The notes below the pieces were generated by a model that did no database searches, was not told the DNA's origin, and was given only the letters and a program-made list of their open reading frames with translations. Positions 1 through 19,312 of a stretch of 64,000 bases of DNA are shown here, piece after piece (position 1 is the first letter of the stretch; every line of letters begins with the position of its first letter). The stretch is taken from NCBI RefSeq assembly GCF_902459465.1, contig NC_047077.1, forward strand, positions 10,416,001-10,480,000. The letters run 5' to 3'. The stretch is from Asterias rubens. Taxonomy: Eukaryota. The position numbers and the translations under genes were made by a program.

Positions 1-49
1 CCAAACGTAACATGATATTCAAGAGGGATAGGGTTATAAATTGTTTTGA

Positions 50-290
50 TCAACGTAGAAAACTTCATCCTCTACAATACTGGTCATTCGGACGACCGTA
101 GAAGGCTCCGCTCTGCTTCTGACGTCACACGCTTGGTTGTTCCTCGCTCCTAAAAAAAAGGCTGGAGACAATCTTTTTTTTTAATGCAGCTCCTAAGCTT
201 TGGAACCAACTGCCCTGTGACGTCAGAGAAGCAGAGTCTACTTCGATCTTCAAGCGGTCTCTCAAAACGTTTTTGTTTCCCCACTGAGAG
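50..290 (+). mobile_element. 3' fragment of an L2/CR1-clade LINE ORF2 (degenerate)
   Basis: Translates with a stop and a frameshift as LRSASDVTRLVVPRS*KK/AGDNLFFNAAPKLWNQLPCDVREAESTSIFKRSLKTFLF, the typical C-terminal tail of CR1/L2 reverse transcriptases. Confidence 0.8.
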
Positions 291-339
291 CCTCTTGTAA
301 TTTTGCTGGATACAGTGTCTACTTGCTGAGAACACATCA

Positions 340-470
340 ATAATATCGATGTACAGGGTAGAAATTCACTGTACAAACGTACGGGAATGTCCAATATCCA
401 ATATAATCTTAAGAACAACATCGATATTCGCTGTACAAACATACGTGAACGTCCAATATGCAATATCAAA
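340..470. repeat. Degenerate copy of the 58-bp minisatellite family
   Basis: Shares atcgatgtacagggtagaaattcactgtacaaacgtacgggaatgtccaatatcc with the array at 30877-31140. Confidence 0.7.
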
Positions 471-479
471 CTAACTTAA

Positions 480-552
480 AGGCACTGGACGCTATTGGTA
501 TATACACATAATAATGATTAGTATAAAAACTTACTTGGTAACGAGTAATAGA
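480..552. mobile_element. Kolobok-like MITE family A, terminal fragment
   Basis: TTAA then aggcactggacgctattggta, followed by acttacttggtaacgagtaat. Confidence 0.55.
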
Positions 553-2160
553 CTGTGCAAGTCTCGCGCGCACCTGAGCGAGAAAACACGACAACTGAAG
601 AACTTTATTTTTTTTATTAATCAAATCTTTGCTTTAATTTATTCTTAATGCTGAATCTGAACAACAAAAATACCCTATAAAACAAACAATTATCGGTTAA
701 AGTCTATGTATAGACAAAAGTAAAAGTCTGGGACAAGGATGGTTGTTTGATCTTAAATTTGTTGAAACCCCTTTTGTAAATGTACGCCCGAATTCAGGGG
801 GGGGGGGCGGAAGGGGTCGCGCCACGAACCCGCCACCTACGTTGAAAATAATCTCATTCTTCACTCGCGACGACACCGGTCGAAGCTCTCCATACAAACC
901 TACGCAAACGGCGCGCTGTGTAGTGCGTTCTCCCCTTTGAACGCAGGCGCGGCCGTTGAGACTGCCTGGACGGGTCCATTTAATCAAAGGGTGCGTTTAT
1001 CTCTAAATAATGTCAGTTCACCCAATGTCTACACTAGAAAACATCGTAAATGATTTTTTGTTGCATTGCCAACTGCTTTAGTAATTTAATAAGCAACATA
1101 TATTTAGCGTAAACGACATTTCTTACATATTATGTTTAAGATGTGCGCTTGCCTCAGAATTAACATTACCTGCGGCGAATGTTCCCGTCCGTCAACAGAC
1201 GATCGTTTGCGTGGAAACCAAGTATAGGCAGAAACCATTTTCTCAAAATCACCCTATCAAAAAACGTCAAATATCCAGAGGTTGTACGGAGGGATTTTGT
1301 TTAAACTTTCAGGAATGAAAGATCTATCCCTCATCACAACATTTAGTAAAAAAAATCAGAGGATGAACGATAATTTTTTTCACATTATGTCGATGTTTAT
1401 AGCCATTTTAGGGGTGACGTTTTGTAACAAAACTCCCGCCTGGACCCATTCATACACGTTGGCCGCTGCAATAAGCCAACGTTCGGTAAAATGTTTAAGC
1501 ATTTTATGTAAAACTAACCAGTTTAACAATTGAAAATGCTCTTACAATAAGTACTGTTATGTTTTCAGTGCTGTTAAAGAGAGAATTTCAGCGGTATTCA
1601 TTTTATCTTTTCTTGTTTATAATATTGTCATCACCTATTTTTAAAATGGAGTGTACCCAAAACGCGCTAGCAAATGATTGCGCAATACCCCTTTCGCCCT
1701 CCCCCCCCCCCCCCCTCTCCGAATTAAACTACTCACAGCTGGTTTATACGCGGACGCACGATGGTCGCAAGGGCGTTAGATAAACGCGTGACGCAGTTTA
1801 AACAGGAAACCGACGCCTAAACGACCAATGAAAAAGCTTTTCACCCCGCGCGACCAAAACAAGCGTCTGCGTAAGTTTCGTAATCGGAGATGGGCACAAA
1901 TTCTTAATTTTTACCAAGTAACCTGACCTGAGGTCAAGTTTAAATATCAGTTTTTCTTCGTTATTGTTTTGACTTTATTTTTACTTTTATATATGATGTT
2001 AACTAGTATTGCATTTTTAACAACATATGTCACTTTTATGACCATAAACTACATTAAACTAAAGTAATGGACGAAACAAAATCTCCCCAACGTAAAACTC
2101 CATAAGGTTGGGACCACAATGGTCCCGGAGTTCAAATCCGCGCGAGACTTGCACAGTCTA

Positions 2161-2470
2161 TTGGGAGAGGTTGATAACATATAACATTGTGAGAAACGGC
2201 TCCCTCTGAAGTAACATAGTTTTCGAGAAAGAAGTAATTTTCCACGAGTTTGGTTTCGAGACCTCAGAATTAGATTTTGAGGTCTGGAAATCAAGCATCT
2301 GAAAGCGCACAACCTCGTGTGACAAGGGTGCTTTTTTCTTTCATTATTATCTCGCAACTTCGATGACCGATTGAGCTCAAATTTTCACAGGTTTGTTATT
2401 TTATGCATATGTTTAGATACACCAATTGTGAAGGCTAGTCTTTAACAATTACCAATAGTGTCCACTGCAA
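2161..2470. mobile_element. Kolobok-like MITE family A, truncated, reverse orientation
   Basis: Matches the family A body and ends aattaccaatagtgtccactgc. Confidence 0.8.
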
Positions 2471-2671
2471 TTAAAACTTGAAACATGGTATAACCCCGAT
2501 ACCGTGGAAGGTAACTGATAACGTAACTGGAAATGACAGCCATCGGGTGTAAGGTTACGTAGACAACACTCAATAGAGGGTGAATACCCCAAATGTTAAT
2601 TGAGCCACCTTGCTGCAAGCATTTCGGAACTCATGAACTATTCGATGTAAATCTAATCTGGGACAATCGTA

Positions 2672-2955
2672 AACTTGTGGACAAGTCGTTAATGGTCTGC
2701 CGCGGTGAGATAGTCGAGTTGTGGCGGTGTCGTAATGATTCAGATTTCCGCGATCGAATACTGCTCTCGCGAGATCACTGCTCTCGCGCGAACTGCTGTT
2801 TTTGACTTCTACATGGGACCCGCCGTGGTCGTAGGAGCATGCAGTAGTCTCGAGGGGCCCAGCAGTCTCGCGAGAATACCGCTAGAATTGCGGGAAGATT
2901 TGGAATAGAGTCGGAACGCTATCACCGCGACAGAAAAACGACTTGTCCACGAGTC
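2672..2955. mobile_element. CpG-rich non-autonomous TIR element (TA-flanked), copy 1
   Basis: TIR (G/A)ACTTGTGGACAAGTCGTT / AACGACTTGTCCACGAGTC with TA on both sides; reverse-complement homologue at 8092-8587. Confidence 0.75.
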
Positions 2956-3483
2956 TATGACAATCGCATCTAGACACAATTTCATTAACTCCATTGCCTT
3001 GGAGGAAATGCTGGTTCTGAACCTCCCTTTGGGAAATTCTCGCACAAAAATGTATTGTGTTCGGGGGTAGGTGAGATGGCAGTTTTGATGGATACGTGGA
3101 TGTTAAACCAAGGAGGGAACTACGTAATCTTGAAATGGTTGGAGACTTTCAGTATCTAGGTTTTGGATCCAGAGTAAAATGTGAAGGACATACAGACAGA
3201 AGGCATTTGTATGACAGGATTGCAACAAATTTAAATAGTCTGGAAAATCCGGTCTATCAAGCTGGAGATAAGGCCTTTTAATTGCAACTGTAGATTGTGT
3301 TTTGCTGTATGTCTGCGAAACATGGACAATAACAACAAAAACTCATTGTAACAAAGAATTCTTTGTAGTGTTTTAAGAGCGTCTCATGTTTCCATCGGGC
3401 AGTTGTTCTTTGGAGTTCCTGACTTTGCATTGTCGATCCCTTCGGGGTCGATTTCACAAAGCACTCATCTGGGTGGAGCTTAA

Positions 3484-3666
3484 TGGCTCTGCTTACCGCC
3501 GAGTTTCTGCGCTAGAGTCTTGTAAGCCTAAACGTGGTGTACGCACGCGCAAAAGCCAAAATTCGCCGCTAACCCGTGAAATACGCTTGCCGTGAGGACA
3601 CAATATTCCCTGCTTCCGTAAGCGCCGATTCTGTGCTTACGGTAAGCAGAGCCATGAAATTGGGCC
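3484..3666. mobile_element. Harbinger-like MITE family B, partial
   Basis: Reverse complement of 32280-32531; ends cagagccatgaaattgggcc. Confidence 0.75.
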
Positions 3667-4346
3667 CCCCGTAAGACGTCTTGCCACCATAGTGATGTCT
3701 ATTGTGACATCACACTTCACTTAGCCATTGCATATTATCTTGACTCCCTGTGTAATCGGACAGGGGTATCAACTTCGACCGATCTGATCCAACGATGAGG
3801 ATTTAAACTTTCTGTCTTTATGCATCCAGTAAAGTTAAGCTTCCCGTTAAGGTGATGCACGAACTAGTAGACCGTTAGTGATAACTGAATGGGTAAAAAA
3901 ATTGGTTTGTAATCACTAATTCCATCCACCATGAACAAACATGTTGCATACTACGTCATGCCGGGTCTTTCAACCGAGTCTGTGGCATTTAGGCGAAAGA
4001 TTGTCTATTCTGTTTTGAAACATCTGTACAATTTTGTTTGGAAAAAAAGTATTGAAGATACAACACAAATTTGGGCAAAGAGCAACTTCGAATCTACCTC
4101 ACTTTGAATAATAAGCATACTTCGTTTCGTGATATTTTTGGTAAAAATAAATCTTAGCTGTGTGTAAATCAACGAAAGGCTTCAAATTACTGCAAATTCA
4201 CGGTTATTTGAATCATAAATCACAAACATCGTAAATCATAGTATGGTCAAGTAGCTCATTTTATAGGCTATACAGAATCATCCCAGCCGTCGTGAAGAAA
4301 CATATCCGTCATCAAAAAGCAATATTCATTAATAATTGGTTCTTAA

Positions 4347-4625
4347 AGGCACCGTACACGTTTGGTAATTGTCAAAGACCAGTGTTCTCACTTGATGTGT
4401 CCCATCGTAAGCATAAAATAACAAACCTGTGAAAATTGCGTATCAGTCGTTCACCAAAGTTGCGAGAAAATTATGAAAGAAAAAAACATCCTTGTTTGAC
4501 GAATTTGTGTGCTTTCTGATAGGAATAAAAGACTTATCGCTACTTCTCGCTAGAAGTCTTTTATTATTTTAGTGAGAAATTACCGCATTCTCAAAAACTA
4601 CGTTACTTTAGAGGGAGTCGTTTCA
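4347..4625. mobile_element. Kolobok-like MITE, family A-related subfamily, partial
   Basis: TTAA then aggcaccgtacacgtttggtaattgtcaaagacc, with the shared aacctgtgaaaatt block. Confidence 0.7.
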
Positions 4626-5295
4626 TTGAACATAGATATAGGCTTTAAAATTATATGGTTATTTTGTAAGTAGCGGCTCGTCCGCTGTTGGTTTGGTCAA
4701 TAAAATATCATGCAAAAGTTATAAATAATATTTCTTTTTGTATTCACCTCCTTGCATCCAAGGTCAAGTACACGGTCAACCCTGCCAAAATGAACATCAA
4801 ATACTCTAATAATTACATTTAGATTTGTAGCTAGACCTTCTAAGGTTCAAGTCCAATTCCAACCTGATCAGAAATAAAAATCTAAAACCCATTAACTCAT
4901 CATTTTCCTCCTCTATCCAATTATTTATCGCGAAGGCCATTTTAAATAAAAACCCGCAAAATTCTGAGGGGTTTTCACAAACCCATGTGACTGGAATGTT
5001 TTCACCCGAATGTCAGAATGATTACAATTCGGTTACTATGGGAACAAAAGGAAACTCGATTTCGTATGGCCGTTCATTTGACCTTATCCTAGTTTGACTC
5101 CCGCCATTAATCCGCACCTGCCAGTGACATAATGGGAAAATACAAGCAAACCATGCATGACTTTTGGGGACGGGTAGCGCAAGGATATGATCCCGGTGGA
5201 TTAAGAGCATCGTTTTATTTAATATTTCCTAATGTTGGTCCATGTTACAATAACAATTTCAAACTGTTGTTGTTGTTTTTTTCTAACCAATTTCA

Positions 5296-5466
5296 AGACT
5301 AGGTTAAGTTCTAGGTCACGCCCGTATTGTGACTACAATGCAATGCTCAAACAGACTAGGTTAAGTTCTAGGTCACGCCCGTATTGTGACTACAATGCAA
5401 TGCTCAAACAGACTAGGTTAAGTTCTAGGTCACGCCCGTATTGTGACTACAATGCAATGCTCAAAC
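5296..5466. repeat. Perfect 57-bp tandem repeat x3
   Basis: Unit agactaggttaagttctaggtcacgcccgtattgtgactacaatgcaatgctcaaac starts at 5296, 5353 and 5410. Confidence 0.95.
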
Positions 5467-5535
5467 TACGGGCTCGCAGTTGCTCATCGCTATTTTGAAG
5501 GGCGCCCTCCGTCTACTTGTGTGCAGCGAGACTAT

Positions 5536-5670
5536 GCCCCTTTTCGAATCCAAGGCTTCGGCTTTAGGCTCCGTTCTCTCGTCTGAAGCACTGAATCATC
5601 AATACAACCGCGGTATCAATCAAGCCTTTTGCCGAATCCAAAGGACGAAGCCGTGGTTTCGAAAAGAGCC
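5536..5670. mobile_element. Small hairpin MITE family I
   Basis: TIR gcccttttcgaa(a/t)cca(c/a)gg / ccgtggtttcgaaaag(a/g)gcc; other copies at 22378 and 48946. Confidence 0.7.
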
Positions 5671-5787
5671 TAAGATTATGAGAAAGAGTAACCAACATGT
5701 AACACTGACTAAACAAACAAACTACAGTAAGTTTTACTCTCTTGTGAAATCAAGACACTGTTCAGTTTGAAATGATGCCTTGCCTAT

Positions 5788-5915
5788 CAAACAAATCACT
5801 ATTAATAATTGCAAACTTTACTTCGTGAAAAAGGGAACTACGTGTCAAGAGCAAACAAATTACTATTAATAATTGCAAGCTTTACTTCGTGAAAAAGGGA
5901 ACTACGTGTCAAGAG
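5788..5915. repeat. 64-bp tandem duplication x2
   Basis: caaacaaat(c/t)actattaataattgcaa(a/g)ctttacttcgtgaaaaagggaactacgtgtcaagag at 5788 and 5852. Confidence 0.9.
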
Positions 5916-7059
5916 TGGGCGCTGTACACAAAAAGAGGTATGATTTTGGCACCTAAAGGCCGTACCCGAATTGACGGCTACAGCTCTGCTGAAAGTTGCC
6001 AGGATTTTGGACGTAGGGGGCGGGCGACGTCAGTATCGGCCTCGACACTTTTCTTCGAATGGTTCATTGGGAATGACTTTGAAAACAAACTGCATCGAGA
6101 AAGGGCCGGGAAAACCTTTACTCAATGACGCCGTGTTAAAACAGACAGAAGTGCCATGTCTTTTCCAAAGACAAAATAATATAAAGGATCGAAAAATGTT
6201 TCCACTGCTTCCATTCAATAAACATATGGCATAAACGCGGTAACAATGATATGACGTCATTGCCATAGCAGAGATGAAAGTCGTACACGAGTCGTAAGCA
6301 GACAACAACTAACAGTTTGACGCGTCATGGTACTAATTAACAAATACATAACTTCATAATAACCAGTGTTGTGAATTTGGACCAATTATAAAAGGTGTGT
6401 CATTGATTTCAAGCCTACTCCGACTGGATTGTACACGGAAACTACAATGTTTTAGTTGTAGATCTGTTTTAATTAATTGGCCTTCCTAGTAAAATGTTGC
6501 GCCTAGAAATGTCAAGACAATGTTTACCCCACATTTTTTCGTGACACACATCCAAAAATTGTTTTACATTTACGTGACGGACTTTAGACGATGTGACCTG
6601 TGACATCACATGTTTACAAAAGTGCCACAGAGCCTGGACTTCCTGCAAGCATGATTTGTACACAGCTCCATGGAAGATTTATACAATGTTATATTTTATG
6701 GAGAATGCACTGTCTAATTCTTATCAACTTTTGATATGATGAAAGGGGGCACATCTCAAAACTTGTCCGGCTTTTACTTTCATAACTCTTGGATTTATGT
6801 GGAAATTATGACACAAAATGTCAACTTTCCCATAGGATCAGTGCAGTATATTGCCTGCCAGAATACTCAAAGAATGTACACGGTCACACTTTTTTTAGAA
6901 TAAGTACTGACTGGAACCACAAAGCTCATGAAACAGAACTATACCCTGTACATAGGCCTATTTTATTTTTACTTTTTTTTGTAAAACCGGAGTTCAATCA
7001 TTTACGGCATAATTATGTTTTTTTTTTTTTTTTTAATAAAGCTAAGTTCAAGACATTAT

Positions 7060-7671
7060 TGATTATCATCATAACCTTACTTGGTAACGAGTAAAGGGGA
7101 GCTTTTGATACTATAACTATATACTAAACTTTGTGAGAAACATCTCCCTCTGAAGTAACGTAAGTTTTCGAGAAAGAGGTAATTTTTTCCCGAATTTGAT
7201 TTCGAGACCACAGATTTAGAATTTATGGTCTCGAAATCAAGCATCTGAAAGCACACAACTTTACGTGACAAGGTTGTTTTTTTCTTTCATTATTATCTCG
7301 CAACTTCGACGACTGATTGAGCTAAAATTTGGTAATTGTCAAAGACTAGTCTTCTCATGTCATGTATCTCAACATATGCATAAAATAACAAACCTGTGAA
7401 AATTTGAGCTCAATCTGTCGTCGGAGTTGCGAGATATTAATGAAAGAAAAAACACCCTTGTCGCACCATGGTCACACGAAGTTGTGCGCTTTCAGATGCT
7501 TGATTTTGAGACCTCAAATTCCAAATCTGAGATCTCGAAATCAAATTCTCGAAAACTATGTCACTTCAGAGGGAGCTGTTTTATACTATCAACCTCTCCC
7601 CATTACTCGTAATCATGAAAGGTTTTATGCTAATAATTATTTTGAGCAACTACCAATAGTGTCCACTGCCT
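7060..7671. mobile_element. Two abutting truncated family A MITEs (reverse then forward)
   Basis: Reverse copy about 7060-7329, joined to a forward copy 7331-7671 that ends gtgtccactgcct+TTAA. Confidence 0.8.
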
Positions 7672-8091
7672 TTAATGTTAAACCTTTTCATGAGACCCTA
7701 GCCCTCCTCTTATAATATCAGCGAGGGTATCACCACTTTTGTTCAGACATCTTCTACACAATTTCACATGACATCATTAATACACAGGGATCCCTGCATG
7801 CTTACTTATAGCTTGGTTAAGAATTTACTAATTATAGTTAGTCCGAAAGAACAACAGTGTCTGAAACGTCCCTTGCTATATAAATATCAAATGTCCCAAT
7901 TGAAATCTGTATAAAATTAATTGTTAGGTCAAAATAAGAGTGACGATTCGAAAACCCATGCCCAAGAAAGGAAGTTTTTGTCCGGCTAGAGTAAACATTG
8001 CGGGTTGTAATCCTATGGTGGAAGCTTATTGGGAGATTCCTGGTAACAAGTCACGGAGGAGACTGACTGGGGGTCTGCCACGGCTTTGCTA

Positions 8092-8587
8092 GACTTGTGG
8101 ACAGGTCGTTAAATGACTGTCGCGTTGCTAGCGTTCCGACTATCACCGCGATTCCCGCGACAGTGACAGTATTCTCGCGAGACTGCCGCCCCGCGAGACT
8201 TCTACTACTCTCACGAGTACGGTCCCATATCCGGGGAGTAGTAGTCAACAGCCAGCAGCTTCGCGCGAGAGCAGGGATCTCACGAGAGCAGTTATTCGAT
8301 CGCGGAAACCTGAATCATACGCCACACAAACTACCCAAGATCATTATTCGTGAAGTACCAACTATTTGAATTTTTTAAGAGTAAACTTCAAGCTAGATGG
8401 TTTCGGGTAACACCAATCATGTAAATCATTGCTGCTCAGTTGTCTGCACGACGTGTATAACGATATGTGGAGATTGTGCGGTATTATTTTCACCTGAACC
8501 AGAACCCAGTGCCAGAACCAGAGAACCACCACCAGCACGACTCGACTATCTCACCTCGGCAGACCATTAACGACTTGTCCACAAGTC
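8092..8587. mobile_element. CpG-rich non-autonomous TIR element (TA-flanked), copy 2 with an internal insertion of about 190 bp
   Basis: TA-GACTTGTGGACAGGTCGTT...AACGACTTGTCCACAAGTC-TA; inverted relative to 2672-2955. Confidence 0.75.
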
Positions 8588-8820
8588 TACGGCTTGGCTG
8601 GCCCATGGGTCTGATCCGGTGGCAGTGCTAGCCTCATTTGTCCGCCAATTAGTACCCCCACTCATCCTACTTGCGTTCCTTGATTGTTTATTGAAGCTTA
8701 TCCGGCACGATTAGACCATGCATTCAAGATTACCCCACCTGGGTACGATAGTGACGTTTGTGTCTTCCTCTGTCCATGGGTTTCATTCATAAAAATCCCA
8801 CAACCTGTCTGTCAAACCAT

Positions 8821-8890
8821 CAATGACCAATCACAATAGGTTACCCCAAAAAGCATTGACCAATAACAAAGGACGCTTGCGTGACGTGTA
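8821..8890 (+). promoter_or_regulatory. Candidate tbr proximal promoter (two CCAAT boxes, Sox-like and CRE-like sites)
   Basis: TGACCAAT occurs twice, with CCAAT at 8827 and 8860 (33 bp apart, NF-Y-like spacing). ACAAT/AACAAAG and GTGACGTG (8881) are nearby, about 250-300 bp upstream of the ATG. Motif evidence only. Confidence 0.4.
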
Positions 8891-9130
8891 GCGTAGCTGG
8901 CGCAGCCCCCGACGTTGTAATTACTACGCTTAATTTATCTGCCATTCATTAAAATCTCAGTTTAATGGGAACACTCATGTCAGTATTAATTTACCCTCAA
9001 GTTGTTCGTGCTGTAAGTTGTCTTTTTTTCCTGACGCCCTTGAGTAGTTAACCTAAAGACGTGCGGCATTTTAACAGCTTTATCACCTTGTTTCAAAACA
9101 TTCGCTTGCTGTCAACTTTTTGTTTCAAAT

Positions 9131-16705
<7,575 letters not shown>

Positions 16706-18095
16706 TAATGTATACACGAAGAACTGGGGGAATCGAAACAATTCTACTGCCTTAAAACCAATTAAGCTACAACTAATTCTGTGTCACTTTTTGAGCTTCT
16801 TTTTCAACAAATTCTGATAAGCAAATTGGCCTCTTACAGTCATAGATGGTACAATATTTTGACTGATGATTTCCTGGCAAGTTTGGTCATGCTTCTATAA
16901 AATTAACAACCATGGGCAAGTAAGCGCAACAAAACTAAGCTTACCATAGTATGGTTTTCAGCCAAACTACCAATCACTGGCACAATGTTTAACTGGTATC
17001 CTGCTCAATTTAGCTCAGCAAAAAATTGTTAAGCAAACTTTGCTGTTTAAGAACCCCTTAACACTTTGGCCCATACCAGTAATGTACATTTGTTTTTTGT
17101 TGGCTGAAAATAACGTGCAATGTTATAAATTGAACAACCAATGATTTATTATCCGTTTATCTGTCAGTGTAAATAATACCATCGCACATGTGAACGTTTT
17201 GCAGACACCCATGTGAACATCACCCACAGTAGAATGAAGATGAGTGAGCAAAGTTTAGATAAGATAAACATACAATAAATATGGTTGAATAAGGTACTCT
17301 ACGTGGCAAACATAGCAAAGTATCAAAGATCAGTATTTGCAATTTGTGTTGCCCATACTTGAAACTAAGTTTAATCGGTCATTGAAGCCATGAGGAAATT
17401 GGGGACGCACTTTTGTAGGTTTTTGCTTCTCCAAACATCGACTTTTTCACTTGAGATCTAAACAACACTGTTTAACTCATTTCTAACTCAAAATATCACA
17501 TTTCAAGCAACAGAATATCAAGGGAGCAGGATCAGAATAACACGGATACCACGGATAGAGGTCACGTCCTTTGTTGTTTCCCCAGGCCTTGGTAGCACTT
17601 CAACAAGTTTACAAATACATTAAGACCTCCTAATGGAAAAGCCCTTTGCCAAATAAAAATGACAATGCTCTCTCGAAGATGAAGATCCAGGCCTGATGTT
17701 TCCATCTCTGAACCTCATTATTTTTACCATTTAATTTGTGTGCAAGCCTGTGGATATTTACTTTTTCAGTCTCTCCAAAAGATTATATTTGTTGATTTTA
17801 AACTTCAGATTTGACCACCCCTTCCACCAATGTTTGTTTAATACTTGGGTTTGAAGAAGACTTTACGATTGAGAATTGGTTGACAAAACTATTAAAGAGG
17901 ATACTGTTAATGATGCAACATGTTGCTGCCATTTGTAACATTTCTTTGATGATATTTTTTTTCATTCGACCTTATATTTTTATTCGTGTTTTATTTTAGT
18001 TTTCTGTCTACCTCCATGTTTTGTTGTTATTTATTTATTTGATTATATTTTTTTTTGCATGTTGATGTGATAGCGTGAATCATGTCACACGTATT

Positions 18096-18434
18096 AATAA
18101 AAAGTACAGTTGATATGTTTCATGCTAAATTTTAAAGTACTGTAAATAGACAATAAGCAATATTGAGATGTTTTTTGTAAAGGTGACAGTCAAAGAAGTC
18201 TTCGGGTGTAGTTTGCCCTTTTTCAGCTTTTGTGGAAACATTGAGGTAATATTAATTCTTTTTGACAGACTGTCAACATTTATTTGTAAATACATATGTA
18301 CATAATATTGTTTATGTCTTAGCCAAAAATTTAGTAGGTTTAGTGGTCTCGTATTAATTTGTGCAATGTTATTTTTTATTTAGAAAGAACAAATAACGAT
18401 ACTTTTTTTTTACAGAATTTCGTTAAATAATAAA
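18096..18434 (+). terminator. Candidate tbr polyadenylation signals
   Basis: AATAAA at 18096-18101 and 18429-18434, at the end of a long U-rich tract downstream of the tbr stop. Confidence 0.4.
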
Positions 18435-19096
18435 TTGATACTTAATATTTTTGTGGACAATACGCAATTCGTGTCTTCATCGAAGTCTTTTCTTTACTGT
18501 ATTGTTATATATATATTATTTTATGTTTTTTTAATTTTTTTTTATCGTACAGTATTTCTCCAAAAGGAATACTCCAAAAAGCATAACGTAAAATTGCTAT
18601 GCTGAAACTATATTATAAACTAGAATTGTCAGTTATATCTCGTCGGGCCGCATGGATTTTAGTTTTACTTTTACCAATTCGAAATGAGATTTACAAACCA
18701 AAAAAGGACCCTGATTCATCAATTACTTGCAAGTCACTAGTGTTGAACAGTGGACAAACCAATGGTTTATCGAAATGACAAAAAACGGCGGACATCTTGG
18801 GAAAAAAATATCTTAAGCCCTAAGATTATTTTCAAAACATTTTTATTTTTTATTTATTTTTTTTTTTTTTGGGGGGGGGGGTAAATAAAGTCTATTGTTA
18901 TCTGCATAATTGCCGAAGAGAGATAACTTCAAGATAATGTGAAAATGTGTTTTTAATTAGTGCAAATAGCGCGTTTTCCTATTGACTTTATGCCACATCT
19001 GCGCATGGGTATTATATAGTGAAATGTAAATGAAGCTGGGGAGGTTATCATGTGAACTGCATGTGGCTAAAATAGATACCCGGCAATTTATTGCTG

Positions 19097-19116
19097 TATA
19101 AATATACTAAGTAAAC
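19097..19116 (+). promoter_or_regulatory. Candidate TATA box plus forkhead site upstream of SLC20 paralogue A
   Basis: TATAAATA at 19097-19104 followed by GTAAACAA, about 215 bp upstream of the ATG at 19313. Confidence 0.4.
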
Positions 19117-19312
19117 AATTATCACTGGGCAGAAACATGACATAATTGCACTTTGATCCTGGACAATCCGGCCAGATCGCCGCACCATCACTGTATCGGT
19201 CTTGACTCACGAACCATCGACGAGAGCACCCATAAAACCACAAGGCTTCCCCGTAAAACAGGCAGTCTCCCCCCGCAACTGACCAACTCCGCACACCATC
19301 ACCCCTCCAACA

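Noticed and set aside
697-2002. Possible 1.3-kb TTAA-flanked element with eroded ends, including an everted TGACCT-G-AGGTCA at 1924-1936
   Set aside because: Terminal similarity is too weak to support by eye, there is no second copy in the window, and a single NR-like palindrome is not significant.
5232-5498. ORF with three identical 19-aa repeats
   Set aside because: Artefact of the 57-bp tandem repeat; no other coding evidence.
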